From Octopus vulgaris (Eukaryota): 64,000 nucleotides of DNA. The notes beneath the pieces were generated by a model. That model had not been told where the DNA came from. It saw nothing but the letters and a program-made list of their open reading frames with translations, and ran no database searches. The stretch covers positions 72,044,001 through 72,108,000 of the forward strand of contig OX597830.1 in assembly GCA_951406725.2 (NCBI GenBank). Reading direction: 5' to 3'. Each line of letters starts with the position of its first letter. Position 1 is the first letter of the stretch. A program made the position numbers and the translations under genes. Positions 40,855-54,896 of the stretch are shown here, one piece after another.

Positions 40855-41850
40855 GTTTAAAATTTTGGCACAAAGCTGGCAGTTTGGGGAAAGGGATAAG
40901 TCAATTAAATCGACGCCATTGCTCAACTGGTAATCATTTTATCGACTCCGAGGGGTGAAATCTAAAATCAACCTCATGGCATTTCATTTGTGATAACATA
41001 ACTATGTAGGATAGTATTATTATGGTTATTATTAAGGAGGTTAACTGGCAGAATCGTTAGAATAGTGGGAAAACTGCCTAACGAAATTTCACCCGTACTC
41101 ATGTTCTGAGGTCGACTTTGTTTTTTCATCATTGCGGGGTCGAGAAAGTGAATACCAGTGGAGTACTAGGGTTGACGTAATCGACTTAACGCCTACCCTG
41201 AAATTGCCGGATTTGTGCCAAAATTTGGAATCACTATAATGGCCGTTGAAGTAACGGAATCGTTAGAGCAGCGGGGGAAATACTTAGCGAAATTTTGTCC
41301 GCCTTCACGTTTTGAGTTAAAATTCCACCGAAGACTTTCGTCAATTCGGCGTCGATAAGATAAATACCAGTTGAGCAATTGTGTCGTTGTAATCGGTTTA
41401 TCCCCTCACCCTAACATGCTGGCTTTGTGCCAAAAATTGAAACCTTTATTAAGGCGGCAAACTGGCAGAACACTTAGCAGCATTTTTTCATACTATACGT
41501 ACTGAGTGCCGCCAAGGTCACTTTTGTCTGACACCCTTTAAGGATCAATGGCGTAAATCCCAATTCAGCACTTTAGACGGCGGATTCATCTAGATTCCTT
41601 CACGAAAATTTCAAGCCTTGTGCCTACTGTAGAAAGGAATACTCTAGCTTAAGGTGGTGAGCTGACACAATGTTTAGCGGCCTGTCTTCATACATTATGT
41701 ACTGAGTTCAAATTCCGCCAAAGTCAGTTTTATCTGACATCGTTTCGGGGCCGATGGATTAAATTCTAGTTGGACACTAAAAACATTAAAATCGACTAGA
41801 TTCTTTCTAGAAAATGTCAGGCCTTGCTCCAATAGCAGAAAACAATAGTA
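40855..41850. mobile_element. array of about five diverged SINE family B copies (one minus, then head-to-tail plus)
   Basis: Heads (taaggnggnnanctggcagaa-like) at about 41033, 41240, 41450 and 41650, each followed by the ggtcga...taaataccagt body and a gccttgtgcc tail. Confidence 0.8.
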
Positions 41851-41935
41851 TAGCTTATATGGTATGAGTACTTTTTTCTAGGAATTTCCTTTTTTGAACA
41901 TCATTCGATAACAAAGATACAAAAAGAATCCTAAC

Positions 41936-41950
41936 CAAATATCTTTCAAT
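41936..41950 (-). CDS. candidate 15-nt microexon (phase 2-2)
   Basis: Long polypyrimidine acceptor tgcatttttcttttatttttcctaccttcag|ATTGAAAGATATTTG|gttagg; frame-compatible with the candidate exon at 45320-45366 (G-LKDI-W/C). Confidence 0.3.
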
Positions 41951-42569
41951 CTGAAGGTAGGAAAAATAAAAGAAAAATGCAGAGAACAAAGAAACAACAC
42001 AAAGCTAAATATATTAAGCAAGTGAATATAAAATATAAATGCAAACAAAAATAATAAGGGAAAACCGGTCAATAACTGAAATGTCAGGCCGTCATAAGTT
42101 ATGGGGATTCTGTCCTGGCTGGGATGATGGATGATTCGATGGAAATGACGTAGATCATGCAGCGGTAGTAGTGGAAGTGGTGGTGGAGTTTATAATGATG
42201 GCGACGGTGGTGGTGGATGTGGTGCTAGTAGTGATGGTGGTGGTAGTGGGAATTTTTGAGGTGGTGGTTTTGTTTTTGTTTGTGTTGGAGAGGGTTTTGT
42301 CCTGCTTTCACGTACGTTAGAGATAAGATGGATGCATAAGATAATGAAAGGGAAGGTTGAATTATATATGCGTACATGTATACATTCATACATACATGCA
42401 TGCATACAAGCTTACATATATTTATATATATAAATGTATAATTATAGATATATATACATATACACATACATATCAATAGGTATATTACGCACAAACCTAC
42501 ACACACTCACGCACGCATACACATATGTGTATATATGCTTGCATGCAAGCACACACACATACACACACG

Positions 42570-42612
<43 letters not shown>

Positions 42613-42914
42613 TCATTCAAAGATAGATAGATAAATTGTATCAACACGATTCCGGAAACGTACCGACAAATACAAATTTTAAAATATAGCTAACAAAAAT
42701 ATAATATCAAATCAAATTATGATTTCCAGGAAATAGAATGGTAGCTTCCAGAAGGAAACAAAAGTAAAAACAAACAAAAGTAAACAAAATAAAATGTAAA
42801 AATATAGAACAATATGCACATCAGCAACCCTAAATTTCTCCATATTTTGCTTTTTACATTTTCCTCGATTACAAATATGTAATTTGTGCGTGTCTGTGTG
42901 TCTGAGTATGTATG

Positions 42915-42974
<60 letters not shown>

Positions 42975-43714
42975 TATATCGATGATAGATAGATAGATTG
43001 ATACATATGCACGCATGCTAGCACACACAGACATATATCAGGTAGTAGGTGTTAATTTCATGTAATTTGTTTTTGTATACATTTCTGCTAGATATATTGT
43101 CCAACAATTCTGCTTCATATAGGAATAGAATAGATAGATATTTCTGAAGCATTTGGAATAAATAGCTTATTGTTACTATACACAATTCAATGTTACCGGA
43201 AACTAGGTTTTTGTAAGGATTCTTATTCCTCTGTCAATTTTCTCTGAATTATCTCTTAAATCGCATTCAGACGTTTCTTTAACTTCATTTCGGTTTTATA
43301 ATATAAAATATAAAATATAAAGTTATTTTCATGTCAGCGTATGGTAAAAGGGAGTGTATATGATAAACAGGAGTCCAATGAAAGAAGCCGGTATGTATCA
43401 ACATTATGAAAAGTGAAAAACACTATTGAGACAACTCATGAACTGAGATGATTAAGTTCAAGTTTTGAAATAATTATGCATTTTTTAAATTATCTTTATT
43501 TAAAAAATGCATGAGACAGGGCAATTTCATTTAGAAACTCGTTTGCAGCCGTCAGTTTTATGTTCATTTTCATCGTGTGGCACTTTGTGTAAGTGCTTCT
43601 TGTTACAGCCCCGGGCAGGCCACTACCTTATTATTGACTTTAGTCGACAGAAACTGTGTGGAATCTCAACGTTATGATATAAACATATACATGCATATAT
43701 ACGCATGTATATAT

Positions 43715-43745
<31 letters not shown>

Positions 43746-43849
43746 ATACATCTATCTATCTCTCTCTATCACTCTCTCTCTTTCTCTCTCTCTATATATA
43801 TATATATTTTTTTTTAAAATAAATATATGTATTTGTATGTATATGTGTG

Positions 43850-43914
<65 letters not shown>

Positions 43915-43990
43915 GAATATAGCTCGTTACACAACTAATCATTTGATGATATTAATAATAAAAAAAAGAATGGAAAGTGATCCAGTAAAC

Positions 43991-44361
43991 CAGTGAGGGC
44001 GTTTAGTATTGGCATAATGACCCACCGTGGGAGTAAAAGCAAAATCTGTTTCAACGCACGGGTTCAAATCAAATATTTTGTAGAACGTATACGAAAAGGA
44101 TATGAGTGAAATAATTTACTTTCTTTTCAGGGTTAACCTTGTTTTAATTTGCAAGTAATGCTAACTGACAAAACATACTTAAACGATTTCAGATTAAAAA
44201 TGAAACTAGAGAAATTATCACACTAAATTCACTAAACCACTGATGAACTTTTAACGTTTCTATTCTACTAGTGATAACGGGTGAAGATTTAAGAACTGTT
44301 GCTGATACTTCTTGTAGAATGTGCGATCACATAGGAGCTTCGTTGTTGGGCTGAGCGGATT

Positions 44362-44395
<34 letters not shown>

Positions 44396-44665
44396 CGTAG
44401 AACAGAAACGTTCAAAGTTCACCATTGGTTTAGTGAATTAATGTGATAATTTGTCATTATCTCCTAATCCAAAATTTTGGTATGCTTTGTCACTTAACAT
44501 TATCTGGTAATTAAAACAAGATTTACCCTAAAAAGAATGTAAATTATTTCACTCAATTCGCTTTCGAATATGTGCTGCAAAATACTTGATTTTAACCTGT
44601 GCATTGAAACGGATTTAGTTTTTACTTTCGGAGGGTCATTATGCCAATAATAAACACCCGCACTG
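43991..44665. mobile_element. fold-back or MITE element with ~280-bp inverted arms and CAGTG termini (Tc1-like)
   Basis: 43991-44272 and 44392-44665 are diverged reverse complements (cagtgagggcgtttagtattggcataatgaccc / gggtcattatgccaataataaacacccgcactg); TA target duplication not preserved. Confidence 0.85.
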
Positions 44666-44957
44666 TGTGTTATGTCAGGCACATATATATAAATGAATTT
44701 GGTGTAGGTTTTCCTACAATACATTTTCCAGTATGAATTACGTGTCTGCATGTGTGCAAGCTTATGTGTGTTTCTACGCATGTTTGTAAGCATTTTGCAT
44801 ATATCCAATCATACACGCCCCAAGACACAAATACTAATACAGACATATGTAGATCGATGAATATAGGTATCCATATACCTAAATAAATAACTCTGAACAA
44901 TATACAGTCCTATACTGAATATAACGGTGATGAGGAGGAGGATAATTAGGTTTATAT

Positions 44958-44989
<32 letters not shown>

Positions 44990-45025
44990 GTTGTGATAAT
45001 AACGATGATAACGATGATGAAGCTA

Positions 45026-45088
<63 letters not shown>

Positions 45089-45319
45089 TTAATAATAATA
45101 ATTTTAATAATAATAACAATAATAATAATTATTATTATTATTATAGTAGGTGCAATAGGCATGATAAAAAATATTCAAACAAATACATAACAAAAACACG
45201 AGGACATACAAACACATATAACATACAGAAAATTGCACTACTAGGCACTGCACACATCCTACGCAGAACACTTTCCATACAATAACCATCAGAGCATCAC
45301 AACAAATCACAGCACATAC

Positions 45320-45366
45320 CCAAGGCACACAGAGCTGCGCTCGGTAGTGAAGTGAAAGCACGCCAT
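45320..45366 (-). CDS. candidate first coding exon MACFHFTTERSSVCL(G), unknown gene
   Basis: GC-richer 47-nt ATG-initiated frame ending at GG|GTATGT, preceded by about 750 nt of AT-rich UTR-like sequence and followed by a GU-rich intron-like tract. Confidence 0.4.
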
Positions 45367-45392
45367 AAATATAAAACTACTGAATGATGATG

Positions 45393-45470
<78 letters not shown>

Positions 45471-46119
45471 TGATACGTAAATAAAAACAGTAATATAATG
45501 ATACTAATATTTTAATTCCATTTTTGTTTTTTAAATTCGATATTTGTTTTTTGAAAATTTAATTCAATTTCGATTTAATTTCTAATTTTAATTTTAATTA
45601 GAACGAGTTTTCAGTTTAAGATAATTTTTTGCACTCATTTTCCTTGTTCTGTTTCCATTCTGATATTTTAATTTTTTTCTTGCAAATCTTGGCTTTCTGG
45701 GGTTTTTTTTCAGAATGATATTTCCTGGCCAAATTTAGAAGGTTTAGATACCTGGTTCTTTTTGGTATTTTTACACTATAGTTCATTTTGTTTTTTTATT
45801 TTTATCATTTTTTTGTATATTTTACGCTATGATTTTACATATTTTTTTCCACCGATTTCTTTTATATATATATTTTTTTACACCAGTTCTTTATCCCGCA
45901 ATTTATTATTTTATATTTTGTTAACATTTTGCTAGTATTTATTATATTTTTTCTCTTCTACCATTTTCGTTGGTATTTGTTATTTTCATTTCTCCAGCGA
46001 TCTTTTTCTTTTTAATTATTTTCATTATTTTTTTATTCCACCATTTAGACAGTTGCTAAATTAAAGAATGTGTGCTGATATTTATTCCTTGGTCTCAGTG
46101 AAAAGATTCTAATTTCCTT

Positions 46120-46260
46120 TTGGAGACGTTCACTCTGCTCTGACGACTGTTCGGATCAAGTGACGTTCCAAGAATCGTCGAAGCCAATTCATCATCTAAT
46201 GACTGTCACAAATGTCTCAACAACTAACATACTCCCCTCTAACACTCTTGGGGCCATCAC
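46120..46260 (-). promoter_or_regulatory. putative promoter of the minus-strand gene
   Basis: Unique CpG-containing island with TGACGT (half CRE), AGCCAAT and TGTCA, between the UTR-like tract and CT/CA microsatellites. Confidence 0.3.
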
Positions 46261-46928
46261 ATATAATCTACATCTTTCTTTCTTCATTCCTTTCTTTATT
46301 TCATCCATTACTACTTTTCACTGTCATTCTTTCGTCTCTCCTCTCTACTTTTCTTTCGTTTGTTATTCATTTTCTGTCATATCTTTATTTCTCTCTCTCT
46401 CTCTGTTTCTCTCTCTCTCTCTCTCACAAACATACACACACAGACGGACAGACACACGCACACACACATGCACACAAACGCATTCTGTGTCGATTTTACA
46501 TCTCTCATTCCCGCTCTCATTTTCCCCACAGCTCTTCCACTTTCTCTCTCTGTGTCTTTGTCTATCTGTCCGTCTGTCTGCCGCTCTCACTCTCTTCCTC
46601 TCTCTTCCTCCCTCTCTCTCTCTCTACCATTCTATCTATAGATCTGTCTCTCTCTATATATCATTCTACCTATCGTTGTAACATACTCGCGCATATGTGT
46701 GTGAACGCGCGCGCGTGAGTGCGTGCGTGTGTATGCGTGTATGCGTGTGTATGTGTGCGTGCGTGCATAAGTGTGTGTACGTCAACCTGCTAATAACACT
46801 ATGTATATATATATATATACACACATATATACGAAGAGATAGAGAGAGAGAGAGAACACTCTATTTCTCTCCATTTATATATTTTATAGTTATGCATAAC
46901 TATATAATATATAAGTGAAAAGAAATAG

Positions 46929-46968
<40 letters not shown>

Positions 46969-47001
46969 TATGTATATATGTATATACATATACATGCATA
47001 C

Positions 47002-47082
<81 letters not shown>

Positions 47083-47089
47083 TACATAC

Positions 47090-47146
<57 letters not shown>

Positions 47147-47349
47147 TATGGATGGATTCATGTATAACACAATCTGCCTTACCTAGCCAACTATATTCTT
47201 AGCAAGATATATGAATCACCAAGCAGCCGGTACATGTATGTATATATATACATACATACATACATAAATACACACACACATAGTGAGAGAGAGAGAAAGA
47301 GAGATGATAGATAGGTAGATAGATAGCTTGATAGATATATTCAGAAAGC

Positions 47350-47381
<32 letters not shown>

Positions 47382-47459
47382 AAATATTGTGATAATAACG
47401 ACCTGTATATTACTTTATATTAGCTTTATTAACCAGATATCCTTCTCTTTCTTATAACA

Positions 47460-47880
47460 CTCCGGGCGACACGCCTAGCCGCTAGGTTTTGTGTTCAAAC
47501 TCCGCCGAGGTCGACTTTACCTTCCATTCTTTCGGGATGATAAAATATGTAGCAGTTGAACACTGGATTTGATGTAATCAACTTCCTCCAAAATGGCTGC
47601 TCTTGTGGCAAAATTTGAAACCATCATTATTATCATTAAGGGGGCAACCTGGCAGAGTCGTTAGCGCGCTGGACGAAAGGCTTAGCTGAGTTCGCAATAC
47701 AATTTCCGCCGAGATCGACTTCGCCTTTCATCTTTTCGGGATCGATAAATTAAGTACCTGTGAAATTCTGGAGTCGATGTAATCGACTAGTGCTTTCCGA
47801 CAAAATTTCAGGGCTTGTGCCTGTAATAGGAAATATAATTATCATTTGCACGCTCGGCAAAATACCTAGCGGCATTATCC
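47460..47880 (+). mobile_element. two to three head-to-tail SINE family B copies
   Basis: ccgccgaggtcgacttt...cctttcatcttttcggg...gataaattaagtacc bodies at about 47500 and about 47705. Confidence 0.8.
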
Positions 47881-48261
47881 TCTTTACCTCATCATCTAGC
47901 TCCAGTTCAGTCTTACAACGGCGCCCGTGCTGGGGCACGGTATTTAATAAGTCAGATACTCATTTTCTCGGTCTTCATTGCCGAACCGCTGTATTTAGAG
48001 GTTCGTAAGCAAACCACGCTGTATGTTAAGCGGTGATGATGGGAGAAACAAACGCAAACGCAATGACACACCTAAACACACACACACAAATCTGCATGTA
48101 TGTATGTATGTATGTATGTATGTATGTATGTATGTATGTGTGTGTGTTTGTATGTATATATGCATGTATATGTATGCATGTAAATACATGCATGCATACA
48201 TATATATATGTATGTGTGTGTGTGAGTGTATGTGTGTCAGTATATATATGTATATAAATAC

Positions 48262-48305
<44 letters not shown>

Positions 48306-48310
48306 GTATG

Positions 48311-48356
<46 letters not shown>

Positions 48357-48702
48357 CACACATATATATATATATATATATTTATATATATGTATATATA
48401 TATAAATATATATAGATAGATATAGATATACATATATATAGATATACATATACATAAATATATATCCAGGCATACGTATATATGAATGTATGCTTGTTTG
48501 TGTATACAAACACACAAACACACACAGAGACATATATCCCTTCACCATCTCTCCCTTTCTTTCTCTTTGCCTCTTTCCTTCTCAGTGTCTTCTCACATTG
48601 TCTGTTCCTCGGTCACCCATTACCTAGTCATTGTTTGCTCTCATACGTTGAAATCACTTCACTCTTATAACTTTTCCATGATTTGCTGAACAGTGTAGTT
48701 TA

Positions 48703-48722
48703 AAAGCGCCCCCTGCTGAGGA
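48703..48722 (-). promoter_or_regulatory. CTCF-like binding motif
   Basis: Minus strand CTCAGCAGGGGGCGCT matches the CTCF core CCASYAGRKGGCRS at 13 of 14 positions; isolated GC-rich word in AT-rich DNA. Confidence 0.5.
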
Positions 48723-49014
48723 AAACAATAGTGAGCTCCGACAACCAAAGTTTCATCTCAACATATATTCCATAATTTATGCATTATTTCAAGAATGCAA
48801 GAACAGAGAAGTTGAAAGCTACGGAGGTAAAGGAAACACGAGAAGAGTTGGACAAGAAGGTGTTAGGAAAATGTCGTCTTGAAAAAAAAAAAGAAAAAAG
48901 ATAGTTTTCATTAGGGATTGTAAACAACGTATTAATGAATGAACTTAGATAGTTTGAAGCAAAATTTAAAGGAAATATATTGAACGTTGCTCTCTCTTTT
49001 TCTCCTTCTCCCAA

Positions 49015-49050
<36 letters not shown>

Positions 49051-49228
49051 GCACACCTTCATCCATATGTGTGTGTGCGTGCGTGTGTATGTGTGTATGT
49101 ATGTATCTCCAGATATAAGCATCGATATTTTATGTACGTATATATGTATATCTGTATATCTATATACACATATACGTATACATTCTCATTCTTACACGTA
49201 CTCACCTTTCAATCTATCTATCTATCTA

Positions 49229-49281
49229 GAACACTAATTACTACCACGAACATTACTGTGACACAGGAAATAGAGTATCTG

Positions 49282-49346
<65 letters not shown>

Positions 49347-49687
49347 ATCTGTGTGTTTGTGTGTGTGTGTGTGTATAAATATACATACATATATAACGAG
49401 CAAAGTAGTTATATCTAAAATTATAAAAGAGTTATAAATAGTAACAATACTAGACGGTAACGTTTTTTCTAACCACTATAATATGACTTATCTATAAAGA
49501 ACTCCGTTACGACATTTTAACCCAAGGACATACGACGGGCTTCTTTCAATTTCCATGTACCAAATCCACTCTCAAGGCTTTGATCGGCTCGAGACAATAT
49601 CAGAAGACACTTGCCCAAGGTGCCAGACAGTGAATCTGAACCCGGAACCATGTGGTTTGATAGCATGCTTCTCACCACATATAACAT

Positions 49688-49773
<86 letters not shown>

Positions 49774-49840
49774 GATAGATAGATAGATAGATACTCTATT
49801 TTCTGTGTCACAGTAATGTTCGTGGTAGTAATTAGTGTTC
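49229..49840. repeat. near-perfect 52-bp inverted repeat extended by (ATCT)n/(AGAT)n
   Basis: 49229-49280 vs 49789-49840: 51/52 identical as reverse complements; encloses a family A SINE half. Confidence 0.95.
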
Positions 49841-50659
49841 ATTTGTTGATATTCCTTGTACGAAAATTTTCTAACGCTACTTTCTGGATTCTTGGATCTG
49901 GTGCAAATATCAGTTTTAGTTGAAGCTTTTATTCTTTAGTCATAAGTCAAAGTTGATGGAGCAGAGCTGCGGTGAAATCATTCTAGTCCCGATAATTTAG
50001 TTTTTAAATAATGATATTTAGGATTATATCATCCGATGTTTTTTTCCTATTATGAAATATGAAGAATTTTGCTACTAATGGTGGACGATGTTTGTTGAGT
50101 AACATTTACAAACATGAAAGCCGACGTCATCCCGCCCGAAAACATCATTGCTTCTCTGATATAGATTTCCTGTTTAAATGAATTCGAGAATCAAAACATT
50201 TCGGGGTCGATAAATTAAATACCAGTTATGTACTGGGGTTGATTTAATCGACATAATCCCTTCCCCCAAATTTGAGGCCTTGTTCTTCTAGAAGAAAGGA
50301 TTATTATTATCGTTGTTATTAAGAGGTCGAGCTGGCAGAATTATTAGGACGCCACACAAAATGCTTAGTAGTATTTCTTCGTCTCTGAGTTCAAATTCTG
50401 CTGAGGTCGACTTTGGCTTTCCACCTTTCATATATCTCCCCACCATGTCTGTCTCTGTCCAAAATATTTTATGTCGTATTAAAATAAAACAAATTTACAT
50501 TAAACGGAAGGATTATTTTTTGTAAAATACATATTTGTTATTCTACCAAAAGAATTGTGTTTGAAAAGACTTCGAATTTTCCTACTCTTCATTCAACAGT
50601 CCAATGAAGTCCAGCAAACGGAAACTTCGAAGTGATTCGCAACATTATTCCTGTAAAAG

Positions 50660-50815
<156 letters not shown>

Positions 50816-50954
50816 TTATATATACATGATTACATGCATGCATACATATACGCCTACCTACCTCCCATCATACATGCATACATACATGCATACATACATG
50901 CATACGTACATATATCCATGCATACATACATATATATGTATACATACATACATA

Positions 50955-50992
<38 letters not shown>

Positions 50993-50993
50993 C

Positions 50994-51078
<85 letters not shown>

Positions 51079-51284
51079 TATATATACTTACATATATATA
51101 TGTATGTATGTATGTATGAATAAAAGTATGCACATAATTGACTGAATGTGTGAATGAATAGAAGAATAATAGAATGGAATAAATAATAGATGGGTTAGTG
51201 AACGAATGAACGAACGAACGAATGAATGGAATAAGGAAATAATTAAATCAACAACCTTTTCTTTCATATGTCACACTGTGGAGC

Positions 51285-51308
51285 AACCAATCGGAAGTGA
51301 GATGACAG
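51285..51308. promoter_or_regulatory. overlapping NF-Y (CCAAT) and ETS-like motif plus TGACAG
   Basis: AACCAATCGGAAGTG followed by TGACAG in a 180-bp unique island. Confidence 0.35.
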
Positions 51309-51419
51309 CAGACGATATTGGAGATAGGAGAAAGCGAGTGCAGCGATGGGTTCGGATGGGAGAGATGCGGAAGCTCAAACTGAAGACGTGAATTACAACG
51401 TATAGAAAGGGTGAAACCG

Positions 51420-54013
51420 ATGGTGGTGGTGGTGGGGGTTGTGATGGTGATGGTGGTGGTGGTGGTGGAGGTAGTGGTGGTCATCGTGGTCGTCTTCGTC
51501 GTCGTGGTGATGGTGGTGGTGGTGGTGGTTGAGGTGGTGGTGGTAGTGGTGGTGGTGGTGATGGTGGTGAAGGTAGTGGTGGTGGAGGTAGTGGTGGTCA
51601 TCGTGGTCGTCTTCGTCGTCGTGGTGATGGTGGTGATGGTGGTGGTGATGGTGGTGATGGTTTTGATGGTGGTGATGGTGGTGGTGGTAGAGGCGGTTGT
51701 GGTGGAGGTAGTGGTGGTCATCGTGGTCGTCTTCGTCGTCGTGGTGATGGTGGTGGTGGTGGTGGTTGAGGTGGTGGTGGTAGTGGTGGTGGTGGTGGTG
51801 GTGGTGAAGGTAGTGGTGGTGGAGGTAGTGGTGGTCATCGTGGTCGTCTTCGTCGTCGTGGTGATGGTGGTGATGGTGGTGGTGATGGTGGTGATGGTTT
51901 TGATGGTGGTGATGGTGGTGGTGGTAGAGGCGGTGGTGGTGGTGGAGGTCATCGTGGTCGTCTTCGTCGTCGTGGTGATGGTGGTGGTGGTATTTGAGGA
52001 TCGTGGTGATGGCGGCGGTGGCTGTGGTCGTGATGATGGTGGTGGTTGTAGTGTTGGTGGTGATGGTTGCGATCGTAATGGGATGTTGGTTTCGGTGGTG
52101 GTCGTCGTGTTGGTAGTGGTGATGTCTGCGTTTGTGCTTGTGCTACTAGTGTTGCTGCTGGTGATGATGGTGTTGGTATGGTTGTAGTGTTGGTTGTGGC
52201 AGTGTCGGTGTAGCTGAGGTGTTAGTTGATGGTGGGTGGTTGTGTTTCTGCTACAGAAGATTTTGTTTTTACCGATGCTGGTAGTGGTAGAGTTAGTGGT
52301 GGTGCTTGTATTAGTGGCAGTTGTAGTATGGATGGTTGTGGTAATAAATGCTAGTTTTAGTGATGGTAGTAGTGGTGTTGATGATATTAGTGGTCGTCGT
52401 AGAGATGACAATGGTGGTGGTTTTAGTGGTGGTTGTGGTGTTGTTGGTGGTGGTTCTGAGGATATTGGTGGGTCTGTTTGTTGTGGTGCACGTTGTAGTA
52501 ATGGTGGTGTTGGTGGTGGTAATGTTGATATTGTAGTAGCGGTGGTGATACTAGTCGTGTTGTTGTTGTTATTGGTGGTGGTGGTGTTGTTGTTGTTGTT
52601 GGTGGTGGTTGTGGTGTTATTGTTGGTGGTGTGTTTATGGTGGTGGTGATGGAGGTGGTGGTGGTGGTGGTTGTTATAGTGGTGGTGTAGGTGGTGGTGG
52701 TGGTGATGGTGGTGGTACTGATGATTGTGCTAGTGTTTTTGATTGCTGTACCGTTCTAGTGATGGAGGTCGTATGATTGTGGTGGTAGAGGTGGTAGTGG
52801 AGGTTTTGGTGGTGCTGGTGGTGGTGATGATGGTGGTTGTAATGGTGATGGTGTTAGGTGTGTTAGTAGTGGTCGGAATGATGGAAAAGGGTTGAAATGT
52901 TGTTGGTGGTAGTCATGGCAAGAATGGTGATGTCAGTGGTAAGACAAGTGTGGTGGTAATGACGGTGAGGATATTGGTGGTTGCGCTTGTTGTGGTGGAC
53001 GTGGTGTTGATGATGGTGATGGCGGTGCTCATAGTCGTGGTTGTGGTATTAACGGTAGCACCGGTCGTGTTGGAGGTAGTGGCGGTCGTCGTAAAATCGC
53101 AGTGTTAGTCAGGTAGTAGTGGTGGTAGTTATGGTGATGGTGTTAGTGGTGGTGAGTGACGGTGGTGGTGATGTTAGTAGTGGTTGCACTTGTTGCTGTG
53201 GACGTTGTGGTAACGGTGGTAGAGGTGGTGATGATATTAATGATAGCGCTGTGATGGTTGTGGTAGTGGTACTAAATTTGGAATTGGTCGTGGTGGAAGT
53301 AGACATGGTGGTCGCAGGATTGTGGTAGTAGAGGTGATAGTGGAACTGGTAGCGCTGGTGGTGTGAGTTGCCATTGTGTTTGTGAAACCAATGGTGTGGG
53401 GACGATATTTGTGGTTGTTGTTGTTGTTGTTGATTTTTGGTATGGATGCTGTTGACGTTGATATCAATGGCGGTTGTACATGTGAGGGTCATGGTAAGAG
53501 TGGTGGTTCTACTGGTGACGATGGTAGTAATTATTGGTAGTTCTAGTGTTATAGTTGTTATTGCACTGTAGGGACGAGAGTGATGGTGGTTGTAGAGGAG
53601 TGCGAATGATTGAGGTGGTCAAATATGGTGGCTATGATGGTGGTGATGGGGGCGACGTTACAGCTGATGGTGGCAGTGGTAGTGGTGGCGGTGGTGGTAA
53701 TGAAGTTTGAAATGGCGGTGATAGAGGTCATGATAAGAATAGTGATGGCATTACTGAGACTAGTATGGTCTGTATAATGATAGGAATATGTAGCAGTCAT
53801 AGTAGATGTAATAATGGTGGTGGTGGTAGTAGTCGAGTTGGTGGTATTGGTAATAGTATTAGTGTTGGTAGTGTTGGTGGGGGTAGTCGTTGTAGTCAAC
53901 TGTGCGTTCCATTATTTCAGTGTCGATAAATTACCTACCAGTGAAACACTGCGGTCGATGTAATAGACATACACCCACCTAAAAGTTCAGGTCTTGTGGC
54001 CTTAGTAGAACGG

Positions 54014-54088
<75 letters not shown>

Positions 54089-54653
54089 GAATGAGAGAGG
54101 AGTGCTTACCATCAAAGTGACACTGGGGTAAAATATACGTAGCCCAGTATACATATCATGACAATTATTAGTATTATTATTATTATTATTATTATTATTG
54201 AATTAGTTGTGTAGTCGTCGATGATGTTCCTGCTTACTCCAAACACAACCATGTTCCAGTAGGAGTTATGATCAATATCAAAACTATTCCACCTGTGACC
54301 ATCCAGTATGTCTTTAGGAGTGTCCAGGGTTCTAATGTGTAGTACGCCTTTCCTATTTCAAGATGGTAGCGTGTGATGGAAGAGAGAAATTGGAGGTTTG
54401 TTTCTTTGTAAGTAAAGCAACCGCTTGGAGTCTCTGCGCGTCAAATTGAAAGCGTTGATGTTGTATTGCTGTGGGGGGATAATTGCGATAATTAATTCAT
54501 GTGATGATGATGATGATGAGGAGGAGGAGGAAGAGGAGGAGAATGAGGATTGGGTGGAGGGGGTGGAGGAGGGGAGGGAATGGGAAGGAAGAGGAGAACG
54601 ACTATGATGATAATGACTACGGCGGCAACGACGACGACGACGACGACGATGAC

Positions 54654-54700
<47 letters not shown>

Positions 54701-54835
54701 CAGATGACGATGAAGAGGGTGATGACACTGATGATGACGATGATGTTGCTGCTGTTGCTGCTGTTGCTGGTGACGTTGTTTATGATGACCAAGATGACGG
54801 CGATTATGCTGGTGATATTGACGACGGTGATGCTA

Positions 54836-54896
<61 letters not shown>

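Noticed and set aside
48793-48830. Plus-strand 33-nt exon (aag|AATGCA...ACGGAG|gtaaag)
   Set aside because: Weak acceptor, no partner exons on the plus strand, no recognisable peptide.
51248-52411. 387-aa Thr-rich mucin-like ORF
   Set aside because: GGT/ACC triplet repeats are open in several frames on both strands; no signal peptide, recognisable domain or convincing splice sites.
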